64,000 nt of DNA, taken from NCBI GenBank assembly GCA_023920165.1, contig CP089278.1, forward strand, positions 1,054,001 to 1,118,000, in the 5' to 3' direction. Position 1 is the stretch's first letter; every line of letters starts with the position of its first letter. Below, piece by piece: positions 11,971-23,954 of this stretch. Below the pieces are notes generated by a model, which made no database searches, was not told the DNA's origin, and saw nothing but the letters and a program-made list of their open reading frames with translations. Origin of the DNA: Curvularia clavata. Lineage: Eukaryota. The translations under genes and the position numbers were made by a program.

Positions 11971-12570
11971 ATGGCTAACAACCACTCTCTACGTGGCAAA
12001 CTTCGCCACCTTCTCGGTCTCCCGTCAACCCTCGAGATCACCCAATCCGAAATCTTGCAAGCCCAACAACGCTCTGGAGATCGTATCGGTAACTGGCGAT
12101 GTGCTTGTGGCCATCTAAACACGATCATGTATCTCGATGACCGACACACCCATCCCCTTGGTCTACTCCAGTGCCGTGCTTGTCCACTCATCTGGCACCC
12201 ATCCATCACACCCAAGTTCACGAGCCGACGCCTCCATATCAACACCCACGTACTCGATTCTCACGCTGCGCGATCTTCCCACATCGTTTCCCAGCTTCGA
12301 AACCCCGCCTTGGACCACGTTTACATCTGTCTAGGCTATGGCTGTGGACTGACTTGGCGTACGGACATTAAGACGAAGTGGCTCAGTTGGGACAAGAAGA
12401 AGATTATGTTAGTCGGGGGAAAACGCGGAAAGTTGCATTGCGATTGTGGGGAGAGGATATTTGAGCCGGGGCGATACGAAGTTTTTGAGACCACGCCTGC
12501 TAGGATGCCTGCTTCGGCGCTTTTGGGTGTGCCCGTTGGTGAGGGGAAAAAGCGCCGTGGGAGAGGCTAG
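11971..12570 (+). CDS. Hypothetical protein with two Cys/His clusters (probable double zinc ribbon)
   Basis: WRCACGHLN..HPLGLLQCRAC and YICLGYGCGLTW..LHCDCGERIF, with a basic C-terminal KKRRGR. Single-exon ORF. Confidence 0.65.
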   Translation: MANNHSLRGKLRHLLGLPSTLEITQSEILQAQQRSGDRIGNWRCACGHLNTIMYLDDRHTHPLGLLQCRACPLIWHPSITPKFTSRRLHINTHVLDSHAARSSHIVSQLRNPALDHVYICLGYGCGLTWRTDIKTKWLSWDKKKIMLVGGKRGKLHCDCGERIFEPGRYEVFETTPARMPASALLGVPVGEGKKRRGRG

Positions 12571-13250
12571 CGCTGGATCCTGGTTTCATATGTCGCAAAG
12601 TCAGCGAACGTTTGTGTATTCAGCATCGCTTGCAGTCATGTAGTTTTGGGTAGCTTGGTGGAGGAGAAGAATAGAGAGGAGGCGAGTGTATTGTTCTTCA
12701 TGAGATCAGGTTATAGATCAATGCATTTCTTTTTCTTCAACAATTCTGCACGGAAGATTCCGTCTCAATTTATACGTGAGTTGTAACGATGAAGGAGGGA
12801 TCACAAAAGAAGTAATAAGGCCCGCATTTTCCATTTGGAGTTTAGCCGGCAAGACAGCAACTAAACCTGCCTTAGCTTTGGTGTGTCTTGGATGTACGTG
12901 CTACCTACGATAACGATGCGCCATCTACCTTGGCACCTTCCATTAAATACCTCTTTCACATTCTTTCAACTGACCCTTATGTATAGCTGACTATGACCAG
13001 GTTAGATGTGCATTCATTGCGTAAGCGTTAATCAAGGGGAATACCACCACTCTGGTCCGGCATGGGTATGGGAACCGCCCAAAGACCGCGTTGGCAGAAC
13101 ATACCTCTTATCGTCTAGTTTGGTATCCTGCAGACGCGTCAAACGAGGAGATTAGAACGTTTTGTACAGCATTCTAGAACCCGTTCACGACTTCGCATGT
13201 CCTAAAGATGGCTTGACGCTACACACTACTTACCTATCACTTCCTGAGAT

Positions 13251-13297
13251 CTTATCTTCGCTTATCACTAGCTATCACTAGGTATCATCAGCTATCT
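13251..13297 (-). promoter_or_regulatory. Array of five GATA motifs at 10-bp spacing (candidate AreA/NIT2 sites)
   Basis: TATC at 13253, 13263, 13273, 13283 and 13293 (plus one at 13235), about 300 bp upstream of the permease ATG. Confidence 0.6.
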
Positions 13298-13598
13298 GTA
13301 CACCCTTGCTCGTTGACTCTCGGTGCCTCCGCACGGAGAATAGTGGACCAAGGCAGTTCTTGGAACACGCGCTTACTTGCCGTGAACAGAATGGCAAGGG
13401 TAGGCCTTGCCACCGAACACAGTGCCCTATCATTGCAGTTACCAGGTATTTGAATCGGGTGAAATGAATGGGCGCGGGGTTCATAAGTAACGCGCGCCGT
13501 CTCCTGTTGCCGTATGACACTGATGTTGATTGTCTCTCTTCAGTCTAAATCTGCGAGAGGTCAATTGGCCAAATAAGACGACAAGAAAGACAAACACC

Positions 13599-15483
13599 AT
13601 GTCGGAAAAGAAGGTGGAAGAGACGACCATAGGCAAAGGCGACGTCGATTATGGGGTCGGAAATGTTCAGGAAACGAGGCCTAGGAAGAGTTCAGCGGCT
13701 GCTCCTGCGCTCGTCGTGGGAGAAATCTTCGATGAGCGCTATGAGACTACGCAGCGAGGACTCAAGTCACGGTATGTTCTGACCGCCCAGTCATTTTACT
13801 TGAAACGAGAACACTGACAGTCGACAGACATGCTCAAATGATTGCGTTGGGTGGCACCATTGGAACTGGTCTCTTCGTGGGCAGTGGCGTAACTCTCGCT
13901 CGCGGCGGTCCAGCTTTCATCCTCACCACCTACATCATCATGTCCTTTTTGATCTTCTGCACCGTCGCCGGTATCATCGAAGTCGCGGCCTATCTGCCCA
14001 CCCCCGGATCCTCTATGAATCTCTTCGGCGCGCGCTATGTTTCTCGCTCCCTAGGATTTGGCCTTGGATGGCTCTACTTTTACTCTCTTGGCATCCTGGT
14101 ACCATATGAAATTACGGCTGCTGGTCTCGTCATTGAATACTGGAATCCGCCAGTCAACATCGCTGTTTGGGTCACTATCATGATTGTTGTGATTGTGGGC
14201 TTGAACTGCTTCCCAGTCAAGTTCTACGGCGAGACAGAATTTTGGTTTGCGGGTACAAGTAAGTTGACACTGATTTGATGAACCAACGATGAAATATTTT
14301 CTAATCTTTTGACCACCATTTTTACAGAGGTCGTCATGATTGTAGGCCTATTGTTCTTGTCCTTCATCCTCTTCTGGGGCGGCGGTCCCCACCACGACCG
14401 TCTTGGATTTCGATACTGGAAAAATCCCGGCGCGGCAAACACATACCTGGAAGAAGGCAATACTGGCCGCTTCGTCGCCCTGCTATCGACTCTAGTCCTC
14501 TCAGCCGTACGTTTGTTCTCTCTACAACCTGGTTATTTTTCTTTTGCCTGCAAGCAAGCATTTGACTAACAAGACATGTCGAATAGTTCCCCTTCTCTTT
14601 CGCCCCTGAACTCCTCGTGGCTACAGGTGGAGAAATGGAATCGCCCCGTCGTAACCTCCCGATCGCCGCCCGCAGGTACATCTACCGACTCATCATCTTC
14701 TACGTCTTCGGCGTCCTCGCCATTGGCGTCATCTGCCCTTCCAACGACCCCATAATCACATCCGGCGGCGCGGGTGCAGGCTCTTCTCCCTTTGTCGCTG
14801 GCATCAAAAACGCCGGCATACCTGTGCTCGATAGCATCATTAACGCAGGAATCATCATCAGCGCCTGGTCGTCTGGAAACTCTTTCTTGTTCTTGTCCAG
14901 CCGCAGTTTGTACGCGCTCGCGCTGTCAGGCAACGCACCGTCGGTTTTCAAATCGTGCACGAAATCCGGAGTGCCGTACTGGGCAGTAACAGCCTCGTCA
15001 CTATTCTGCGCGCTTGCTTATCTCAACGTTGGCTCCTCTTCTGCCGTTGTGTTCAGCTGGTTTGTCAACCTCACAAACACCGCGGGATTCATTTCCTGGA
15101 TCTGCTGCGGCATCATCTACCTGCGTTTCCGTAAGGCGTGTGAGGCACAGGGCATAACCGACTTGCCGTATCGCTCCCCTGTTGGCAAATGGGGAGCCTG
15201 GGTCGTCATTACGTCTTTCACCTTTTTGTGTCTCATCAATGGCTTCGACGTTTTCTGGCCCGCGAAATGGAACGTGAGTTCCTTCTTCACTGCGTACATA
15301 GGCATTCCCCTGTTCTTCCTCTTCTATGGAGGTCATCGTATCTGGGCAAGGGGAGATGGCTGGGCGTACAATCCCCTAGAGGTGGACTTGCAGACGGGAC
15401 TTGACAAAGTGCTTGCTGAAGAGAAGCCGGCGAGAAAGATCAGTGGGCCATGGTGGAAGAAGATTTCGCTCATTTGGCAGTAA
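13599..15483 (+). CDS. YAT-family amino-acid permease (proline permease-like)
   Basis: TQRGLKSR-intron-HAQMIALGGTIGTGLFVGSG, YGETEFWFA, GEMESPRRNLP, SPFVAGIKNAGI and SAWSSGNS..SSRSLYALA. Three introns. Confidence 0.93.
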
Positions 15484-15635
15484 GCAGGTAGACGCATTGA
15501 CCGAGCTCGAATACAAAACTTTTGCTGTATTGCTCTCACAGCATCCTTTTACAACCGAAAAATACAACACCCAAAATCTCGTATATACAAGTTGCAATGC
15601 GGTCTCTAGGTGTCCACAGTACGGTCCTGTGGGCT

Positions 15636-17405
15636 CTACCAGGATAGTTCCTTTTCTGGTCGATGCATCATCTGCGATGGGACACAGCCCCACGAACAGA
15701 CACTGACTTTAAGCGGAACAAGGCCGGTGCCCAAGTGCGACATCCAAAACTCTATCCATTCTGCACGAGCGACGACATACTTTTTGTGACACATATGACA
15801 CTCGCGGAAAACACTGTATCCACTAGCAGCATTTTCGTCTGCCCGCGTGAGTATCTTTTCTGCTGCACGGGGGATTTCAAACTCCCCGTCCCCACTTATC
15901 ATTCTACGCAAATCTGCCACGCTATCCATCTCAAGGGAACGAGTCAGGGCCGTTGTGACCAGGGAAGGAACTCTTGACGATGAAGGCGGAGCGAACAAAG
16001 GCGAAGACGGTACGCCATAAGTACCTCGATTGGTTTCGATGATAACGGGATACTTTTCGTCATTGGAGCAAGGAAGAGCAGGTGAGCCATGCAGAAGGGT
16101 GCCTGTCTGGTCATAGTAGGAGACTAGGGTCCGGGCCATGTAGTGAGGCATACTAGAAAAGCAATCGTCTTTGTCTACAACACTCAGGTAGAGCGAGGGG
16201 TGATGCGGGTAGAAGCCCACACCCGCTTCCGTGTGGGTGCCATGTTGAGCGCCAATGCAGTTCGCCAAGGTTTCAAGGGACCGAATGAGCCAGACGGTCG
16301 CATCGCGATCTTCGCTTGTTGCGAGAGACTTGTAAAGTTTAGGAAGTTGATCGTGTATGTAATGACGTTGCCTGTCGAGAGGGTCAACGTTGTCTTGAGG
16401 GGGCGTATACGAGATGTCCGAACGGGCACCATGCCGAAAGCGTTCAGACGTCATTGGCTCCAAGAGCTCACTGCTCATGGCACTGAAACGGGACAGTTTG
16501 CCATATGGTCGGACAAGATTAAGAATGTCGAAAGGAAGGTATTTGAGTTTATTGCGCGCGAGGTTCAAAGACTCCAGTCTCGAAAGTTGACGAATCTCTT
16601 GGGGAAGTTCTTCAATACCATTGTCACACAGAGAAAGGCTAGTGAGGTATGTGATATTGAAAAGCGAAGGAACAAGCCGGTGGAGCCTGTTCTTGTTGAG
16701 GATGATGCGAATGTCGGGCTCAAGCGAGCGAAACTGCCCTTCGGTCGGACGCTCACTATCGTAAATGAGCGGGTCCTTTATGACGTTCTTCAGTTCGCCT
16801 ATTCGTGTAATATCGCTATCCTGGAGACCTTGTCCTTCGAAATCGTACGTTTCCTGGTCCCTGTCTAGACCCTCGTCGATTTGTCGGTTGAACGCACGTT
16901 CGGCAGCGCTCATGATGACCCTGGGAACAGCAGGGACCGGGCGAACTGCGGGGCAGCTGGACACATCCAATTCCATCTCGTGCGCGTCACTGCTGCCCAT
17001 GTCGATGGCGTGATCGTCTGTGTAGGCAGTATCATCTGGGAATGGTGATTTGTGCTGAGGGAGGAGATCGTCTGAGCTGTCGGTCGCGTCACTCAGCATG
17101 TACACGCCAGAGTCAAAGTTGCGATCGAGGTTGCGGCAAAACTTTGTCTTCTTCACCTCTGGGCTGTTGTGGGCGGACTCGTGATTATCCCACCACGCGC
17201 CTTTGCGTTTGTTCTTGTAAATTCGCGGAGATTCATAATTGGTCACGTCGACAGATTCGCGGGAATCGTCGCTGGAGAAAAGCGGGGGAGGTGAGCTTGA
17301 TTTTGAGGTGAAAGCGCCGTGCTGGGGCTCGAAGAAGGGAGGGCTCTGGGGACTGATGCTGCCCAGGTGTGGTGGCGACGACGGGGGAATCGCGTCTCCC
17401 TCCAT
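15636..17405 (-). CDS. Leucine-rich-repeat protein with Ser/Pro-rich N-terminus and C-terminal Cys cluster
   Basis: LTSLSLCDNGIEELPQEIRQLSRLESLNLARNKLKYLP and ECHMCHKKY..VCSWGCVP. Likely ATG at 17405 (MEGDAIPPSSPP). Confidence 0.8.
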   Translation of the reverse strand: MEGDAIPPSSPPHLGSISPQSPPFFEPQHGAFTSKSSSPPPLFSSDDSRESVDVTNYESPRIYKNKRKGAWWDNHESAHNSPEVKKTKFCRNLDRNFDSGVYMLSDATDSSDDLLPQHKSPFPDDTAYTDDHAIDMGSSDAHEMELDVSSCPAVRPVPAVPRVIMSAAERAFNRQIDEGLDRDQETYDFEGQGLQDSDITRIGELKNVIKDPLIYDSERPTEGQFRSLEPDIRIILNKNRLHRLVPSLFNITYLTSLSLCDNGIEELPQEIRQLSRLESLNLARNKLKYLPFDILNLVRPYGKLSRFSAMSSELLEPMTSERFRHGARSDISYTPPQDNVDPLDRQRHYIHDQLPKLYKSLATSEDRDATVWLIRSLETLANCIGAQHGTHTEAGVGFYPHHPSLYLSVVDKDDCFSSMPHYMARTLVSYYDQTGTLLHGSPALPCSNDEKYPVIIETNRGTYGVPSSPLFAPPSSSRVPSLVTTALTRSLEMDSVADLRRMISGDGEFEIPRAAEKILTRADENAASGYSVFRECHMCHKKYVVARAEWIEFWMSHLGTGLVPLKVSVCSWGCVPSQMMHRPEKELSW

Positions 17406-17909
17406 CGTGGGTAGAAGTACCAAGAAATCAGCGAATTCGATAAAAGAACAATATTTTCCTTGTTTCTGCGATTGCGACGTGCCGCACACTTCGCTTTTCC
17501 CTAGCGTGATGAGGAGGTTGGGATGGAACTGGAGAGGAACTGCGGGACGACGCGTTCTAGGACCTTCGGACGCGCAACCCCGCCAGCAAACCAGGGTCTT
17601 GATGCCGTCATGTCCCGCGCCCCGATAACGACTCCACGTGCCCTGCTCCACACGAAACAAAAACCAGTTTGTGTCTCGTACTGTGTTCAAGACATTAAGA
17701 ATTTGTATTGAGCGGGGGATATGTCATGGTCTATGTAAAATATCTGGACGGCTAGACTGCTGCCAGGCCTCTGTATGTGGGTATGGCTGACCGAGAGCAA
17801 CCACGTCGGACTGGACACAGTCTGTTGCAAATAGAGGCATCATCGTGCTTTCATAACTCAATGAAATGGAGAGGGAGAGCCAAGAAAAAACAAATCCGAC
17901 GGGCTGCTA

Positions 17910-18701
17910 TCAACAGCCACCCATCTGCCTGAGATGTGTATTGGGTATTAGCCGACCCTCCATTCCAACAGTTGGGCCCTCCAACGGCTCGCCCCTAGAC
18001 ATGGCCAACTCAGTCATGACCTTGCCCATGTTCCTTGTGGGTGTCATCATGTTCTTCCAGAATGGCTTGACTCCTGCAATCACCACGCTCTTGTACATTT
18101 CTTGCTTAGGTATAAACGGATGTATCTCGGGATGATTGGTCCAGTCGACAATTGCTGGCCGCACATTGTATACTTTGAACATGGGATTCTTTTTGCCAAA
18201 CTCAAAGAGTGCAGACTCAGCCAGCCCCTTGACTCTGCCGTAAATAGGCGTGAAAGTGCCTGGAGATTGGGTAGCACCTTCGCCGGACACATGGACAAAT
18301 ACAAACGGCGAGTCGGGATGCAGCGTGGCAAAGCTGCGTGCCGCCGCAAGAGGGTATTCGTAGGTTATCTGATGATATTGCCTAGTTGCGGATGTCACTA
18401 CTCAGGACTTCCTCTGTGCATCGACACGTGATTATCCATGTACGTACTCCTTGGTGACGGCGTTCTGCGATACGCCTTGTGCCCAGACACATCCGTGCGC
18501 GTCCTTCAGCTCGTCTAGGAGCGCTTGGCTGTATTTGTTGAAGTCATCGTGGATGATGACCGTGGCTTTGGCGTGGCCCTCTGCCATTTTGACTGGGCGC
18601 CTGCTGAGGATAGATATGCGGCTGATGCTTTCTTGTGCGAGCATGTTGTGGAGGACAGCCGAGCCCACGAGCCCCGTCGCGCCGGTTAGTATGACGTGCA
18701 T
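17910..18701 (-). CDS. NAD(P)-binding Rossmann protein (atypical SDR, NDP-sugar epimerase-like)
   Basis: MHVILTGATGLVGSAVL, GCVWAQGVSQ, one intron, FVHVSGEGA and YGRVKGLAES. Confidence 0.88.
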
Positions 18702-19407
18702 CTTTGCTCTCAAGTTTTGCTCGCTGTAGCCTTGGTGTTGATAGGCTTTATAAATTATCACAAAGCAGCCTGCTGTCTACACCTCTATATATACCTGGGC
18801 GTGAGGGGAGTCAGCACTATCACTCTCGGTTAGTTCCCACATGATAGCGTGTCGCTGTTGGACAGAAGCGGCACCCTTCCCATTCTGACAGGTATGCGTG
18901 CATTGGTGCGTCCTCAGGTATGGAGATAGTCGTATGTCCGACTGCTTTGATGGCGTTGAGGACGAAGGGACGAAGCTCCGACAATAGTCCGGGCCATCGC
19001 TATGGCTTAGTCGCTTGACTAAGCTGGCGGCGTCACGAGACTTCTAGGCTTGTGCCCTGGGGGCCTGGGAAACGCACTGGCACAATCCCCCTCGTCCCAC
19101 ATAGCAGTATCAGAGACGACACATCCCGATCGCATAAGTCCCTGCGCATAAAGACCCGCATTCGAGGCCCTCTTCAATGGCAGGCTCTGATGCTTCTGCG
19201 GCCCTGGCGATCAGGTGCGGGCCGGGCTTTTGTTTTGCCCGGCCCCCCAGCGAGGCGACAAGGCCAGAGCAGCATGATTGATTGCTCAACACTTTCGTCG
19301 CGACCGGTGGATATTTTGCCGTTTTTCCCGCTCTCAGTCCTCGAGCAATCTCAATTCGTTTTGCCCATTACTTGCTGCTTTTCCTCTCTTCGGTCGTACT
19401 CGCAACC

Positions 19408-21480
19408 ATGACAGCCACGGCAAAGGCCATGGCGGACCGCCGCATTGTTCATCTGATCCTACGTCACCTTTCCGACATGAAGTACAAGGATCGCCGACAA
19501 CGGGGATCCGACCAACCAGTGGAGTTTCTAGAGTTCAGACCGACATTAGTGCCTTCCATTCTAGTCAACAAGCTGTGGGCAGACGAGGGTACATCAATTC
19601 TCTGGAGACGCTACCCACATCTTCCGGCTTTGGAGCACATGGCTCCGAGTCGGAAGCAGTGGTATGCCAATAAAGTCGAAAGGCTTTTTGTGCTAGGGCC
19701 AACCGATGAAGAGACCAACTTCGACTACTTGCAGGACTTGAACTGGCCAAACCTGAAAACGCTAGAACTGGAGGTTGACTGGAAGAAACATGAGCTAGGG
19801 TTAAGTTCCATGCTTCGGACAGAGCTTAGGCATTTGGAATTTCTGGGCCCACAGAGCGGTGATTCCGAATACATTGCTCACAATATCCTTCCAGCTTTGT
19901 TCAGACCAAGCCTCGTCAGCATTCACATCGGCTCGGATGTCATCGACCCCCAGGATCCAGTACATCACCAGGTGCTCCTGGACCTACTTGATTCTGCACC
20001 CAGCATAAGTGATGTTCGCATCATGAGCGCCAGTTTCTCGGGAAAAGATGTCATATTCCAAACTCTAAGTCAGCGGTTGGGTCTTGAAGCTCTCGAAATC
20101 GATCTGGAGCCTGGTTTACACTTGCTCCCTTGCATCACAGGCCCTAACGCTCTCCCATCTCCATTCACTTCTCTCAGGCGGTTGCACATCATGTGCTACC
20201 CAGAAATTGCTATTGCTCTGTTACCTCACCTGCAGCTCATCCAAGACCTGCACCTAGATGTCGCTAGGATACCCACTGATGTACAACAAGACAGAGATGC
20301 GAATACTCTGAACGACATAATCGGGGTGCTGCAGCAGTGCAAACAACTCCAATCATTGCAGGTCAACATCGGTCAGCTCGCAATCGACTTTCCCTCAGCT
20401 ACAGCATGCCCAACGCTTTCTGGTACCGCACTGACAGAACTTGCCTTCAACTGCCCAAAACTGCAAAACATCAATCTCTTTGCTTCAGCACCGGGGGCTA
20501 TTGATGGGTCAGAAATCTCCAGCATTCAATTTGAAGCATTCTGTAAAGGTGTACCGGAGCTGTTGAACCTCAGTTTGAAGCTTCATCCACAAACAGCAAT
20601 TGACTTGGAGTTCACAGCGCTCAAGAGCTTAGGGAAGAACTGTCCAAAACTCGAAACGTTACGGTTGAAGGTCGCCTGTCATCTCCCAGATTTGCAAATA
20701 GCTATGGATTCAACGTCGCTACAGCCTACCGAGCCCGCCTCTCAAAGTCCAACAGGCCTGGAAGATGACTCACCAACGCCTTCCATTGCCAGGAAGGGCA
20801 CTCAACGAGAAGCATCATCCGATATTCATGAGCTGGCTGTGTCCAAGACAAATAGCGCGCCTCTTTTCCAGAATCTCAAGCATCTTGCTTTCGCACGACC
20901 GCAGTCAATACTCTCAATCGCAAGCGATACCTACATACTATCGTCGAGCCCTCAAACTAGTATCATCATGGATCCCATTGTAGAGCAGAGCCTTGTTCAT
21001 TCATGGGCTCAGCCGCTGTCTGCTCAATTTCCCTGTTTGGAAATTCTGGAAGCCTGGGGCGATTGGACGGGTCAAGATAATGAAACGCTCAACTACTTCT
21101 TACCACGTGAGGCATTGCTGGCAACTACCTGGGAGTTCCTGAGCGGCGTTGAACAAGACCTTTGGGACGAGGAAGACAGGAACCAAATTGGCATCGCGAA
21201 TTGGGACGACAACTATACCGACCGCTATAGCATCGACAGTCACACTAGCATAGACTGGGATCTTGCAAGCCTTGTCAATGAGTTTCGAGTTCAGCAAGAT
21301 TTCGACGACCTCCCTTCTTTGGACACGTACGAAGAGGAACCAGAGGACATGCTTACACCAGGAAGAGTTCTGGACAAGCAAGAAGGACCTTTTTTCGGGC
21401 ATGCTAACAGCCAAGACACCTCCTCTTCTAGGACGGCAGTAATGTCGAATGCACCAGAAGCGATCGCCTGCTCCGTTTAG
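19408..21480 (+). CDS. Hypothetical RNI-like/LRR solenoid protein with acidic tail
   Basis: Long single-exon ORF with repeated LxxLxL segments (PNLKTLELEV, FTSLRRLHI, CPKLETLRLKV) and a degenerate F-box-adjacent LVNKLWADEG..ILWR segment. Confidence 0.75.
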   Translation: MTATAKAMADRRIVHLILRHLSDMKYKDRRQRGSDQPVEFLEFRPTLVPSILVNKLWADEGTSILWRRYPHLPALEHMAPSRKQWYANKVERLFVLGPTDEETNFDYLQDLNWPNLKTLELEVDWKKHELGLSSMLRTELRHLEFLGPQSGDSEYIAHNILPALFRPSLVSIHIGSDVIDPQDPVHHQVLLDLLDSAPSISDVRIMSASFSGKDVIFQTLSQRLGLEALEIDLEPGLHLLPCITGPNALPSPFTSLRRLHIMCYPEIAIALLPHLQLIQDLHLDVARIPTDVQQDRDANTLNDIIGVLQQCKQLQSLQVNIGQLAIDFPSATACPTLSGTALTELAFNCPKLQNINLFASAPGAIDGSEISSIQFEAFCKGVPELLNLSLKLHPQTAIDLEFTALKSLGKNCPKLETLRLKVACHLPDLQIAMDSTSLQPTEPASQSPTGLEDDSPTPSIARKGTQREASSDIHELAVSKTNSAPLFQNLKHLAFARPQSILSIASDTYILSSSPQTSIIMDPIVEQSLVHSWAQPLSAQFPCLEILEAWGDWTGQDNETLNYFLPREALLATTWEFLSGVEQDLWDEEDRNQIGIANWDDNYTDRYSIDSHTSIDWDLASLVNEFRVQQDFDDLPSLDTYEEEPEDMLTPGRVLDKQEGPFFGHANSQDTSSSRTAVMSNAPEAIACSV

Positions 21481-22378
21481 ATACCTTCTACCTTGGGAAT
21501 AACTTGGAACGTGAATCCTTCTCAACTGAACCAGTCAACGGCGATTTACCTATAGAAAGAGCGAGTTTTTTTTTTTCATCTGTCCATATTCGTATACAAT
21601 AAATTAAGGGGTAAGATTTTAGAACACGAAGTGACGAAGGAACTGGAATTTGAGACGCTTGTATGAACATATATGCTAGCAATCTCGCAAGGAACGGTGT
21701 ATACCTTCTTCGGTATTCCTAAAGACCTGTTTCTTCCCTGTAGTATGGTGGGAGACCTCTCGCATAACTTACCAGCGCAGTACACGTTGGGTATGTCCCA
21801 TGTGCGTTACATCTAATTCAGGGAATCGACTTCTGGCAACAGGCACGGTGTTCGGTGTTCGGTTTTCCTTAGCGCTATTCCTCAGGCCAGAGACCCACAT
21901 CCGGAATGGAGAAACATGACATGTCTCAGTATTCCAAAGATCCCTTCCAATCACGTCATCAGGCAAGGAATGGCATAAAAGTGATTTCGTTAACACCGGT
22001 ACTAACTCTTTGTCAAGATGCCTGCAAAGCGTTTCGTTGGTAGTTGGGGGGTTGATTGAACAAAGCACATTGTCGTCTCGTCTTTCCCCGTGGGTTTACT
22101 ACCAATCTTGACTTCAACACACGCAACGAAATTCTCAGAGCGACGGAAAGGGGTATCCAAGACTAGGACCTCGTTTGTGTATAGGGGAAACTTTTGGAGC
22201 AGCGGAATGCTAGTTCGAACACAGCCCAATTGAGCGCTCCACAGTGCGTATCAATCGCACGTCTCAGCGCTCTATCCTTTCGCGCAACCGTATCAAGGCA
22301 TCCGCCTCGAGATATCCACACTGGCTCCTGAGACTAAACAGAAAAGAGCTGGACTGTGAGCGCATATTACTAGGTAAT

Positions 22379-23449
22379 ATGCGATTACCTATGGTTCCGC
22401 TTTCAACGATAGGCCGCCTCAGCATTTCCTTCCTCGCCTTCAGTACTCTCGCTCAGAATTTTGTCGTCGCTATACCACATGTTGTTTACACACGCCAGTC
22501 ATCGCTCCTTTCAGCACTGCAATTACCAGGATGTGCGTTCCGCTGCTTCCTCACTCATCTACTAGACGATGGTTGTACAAGTGAGGCCGATTTTGGATGT
22601 CATTGTGCGGGTGATAAGCTGATTGAGGCTTCTTCGGCATGCATTATACAAGGATGTGGGGCGATCGCAAAAGACGATGCTGCTGCTAAGCTCAGGGCGG
22701 CTTGTGGGAAAGGTTTGGGTGGTGAGGTGTCGCAGACAAGAGAGCCAACCACCACCAGCAGTATGGCAGCGAGCAAGACAAGTGACGACAAAGGCGCTGC
22801 AGTATCAACTCCAGCAGCGAGCGCAAGTTTGACTAGCAGCGCGACTTCGTATCCGGCCACGATCCAGATTCCAGCCACAGCCGTAGCTAGTAAACCGACT
22901 ACCGGCAGTGCGAGTACTACAATACAATCGATTTCTCGGACAGCAAGTTCAACACCAACATCTACAGAAACAGCGATAGCCCTAGCAGATGAAGCAGGTC
23001 AACTGTCCACTGGTGCCAAAGCAGGAATAGGCGTCAGTGTCGCTGTTTTACCTGTAATTGCGGCCGTCATTCTAGCGTGGTACATCTGCCGCTTGAAGCG
23101 CCAGGCTCATGCCACTCAACAGTCTGAAGGCGCATCTGCTGTTCCGGATCCACCTGCAATGCGAGGACGCCAGCTCAGCACATATGCTTACCACACCGGT
23201 CCACTATCGCCAGGTGAGAAGCGGAACACAATGGTCGCGGACATTGGGTACGGCATGGTGATAAAGAAGCGAGGACCTATTCTTAGTATCTTGGTTGAGC
23301 GTGAGGATGAGGATAAGACCAGTGTGAAAGAACCTGTTCCGGGGCAGCGAGAGGGACTGGCGCCGCCGCTGGAATTGGACGGTGAAGGGACGGCAGTGTG
23401 GGAGTTGCCGACAAGTATTACGCCTAGAAGCAGGAGCGAGGAGAGGTGA
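22379..23449 (+). CDS. CFEM-domain single-pass membrane protein
   Basis: N-terminal hydrophobic segment, 8-Cys CFEM (LPGCAFRC..GC..DFGCHC..C...C..C), Ser/Thr stalk, LSTGAKAGIGVSV TM helix and cytoplasmic tail. Confidence 0.85.
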   Translation: MRLPMVPLSTIGRLSISFLAFSTLAQNFVVAIPHVVYTRQSSLLSALQLPGCAFRCFLTHLLDDGCTSEADFGCHCAGDKLIEASSACIIQGCGAIAKDDAAAKLRAACGKGLGGEVSQTREPTTTSSMAASKTSDDKGAAVSTPAASASLTSSATSYPATIQIPATAVASKPTTGSASTTIQSISRTASSTPTSTETAIALADEAGQLSTGAKAGIGVSVAVLPVIAAVILAWYICRLKRQAHATQQSEGASAVPDPPAMRGRQLSTYAYHTGPLSPGEKRNTMVADIGYGMVIKKRGPILSILVEREDEDKTSVKEPVPGQREGLAPPLELDGEGTAVWELPTSITPRSRSEER

Positions 23450-23712
23450 AGGATTTTGGGAACTGAAGGGGTCTTGGGTCACACATGGAATGGAGTGACG
23501 AGTAAAACGAGCACGGGGTAGTGCTAAGGTTATCGAGGAGTAATTGCGGCGTGTGACAGTGAGAAGTGTTGACTAGGGAGTCTGGAAACTCCACAAACAC
23601 TGCAGTAAAGAATACTGCCTCAGCGATAAATGACATGATATCCCTTCATAGCCTAGTCTTCTATGCTGTCTATTTAATGTGAAAGCGTATCTAGCTCATT
23701 CAATTCTCCGTA

Positions 23713-23792
23713 CGGTGAAATCACTTCCACGCACTGTGAAATCTGTTTGTTGGGCACTGCCCAAATTCACATTGTGGAAAGTGACTTCACTG
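23713..23792. mobile_element. 80-bp TA-flanked hairpin, MITE-like (Tc1/mariner-type termini)
   Basis: TA|CGGTGAAATCACTTCCAC ... GTGGAAAGTGACTTCACTG|TA, with inner stems TGTGAA/TTCACA and TTGGGCA-C-TGCCCAA. Confidence 0.6.
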
Positions 23793-23954
23793 TAAATTTG
23801 CTGAGGGTCGTTTGCCAACACTGCAGCAACAAACTACGTACATAAAACATTCTACACAATCATAAATCTAATCAACATCTACTCGTACCACTGCTCTAAC
23901 ATTGGATATACAACCAGCAGAAGAAACTAACATTAAAAAATTCTACGACTAAAC

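Noticed and set aside
22185..22230. GTTCGAA T-loop-like word
   Set aside because: No cloverleaf or A-box could be built around it.
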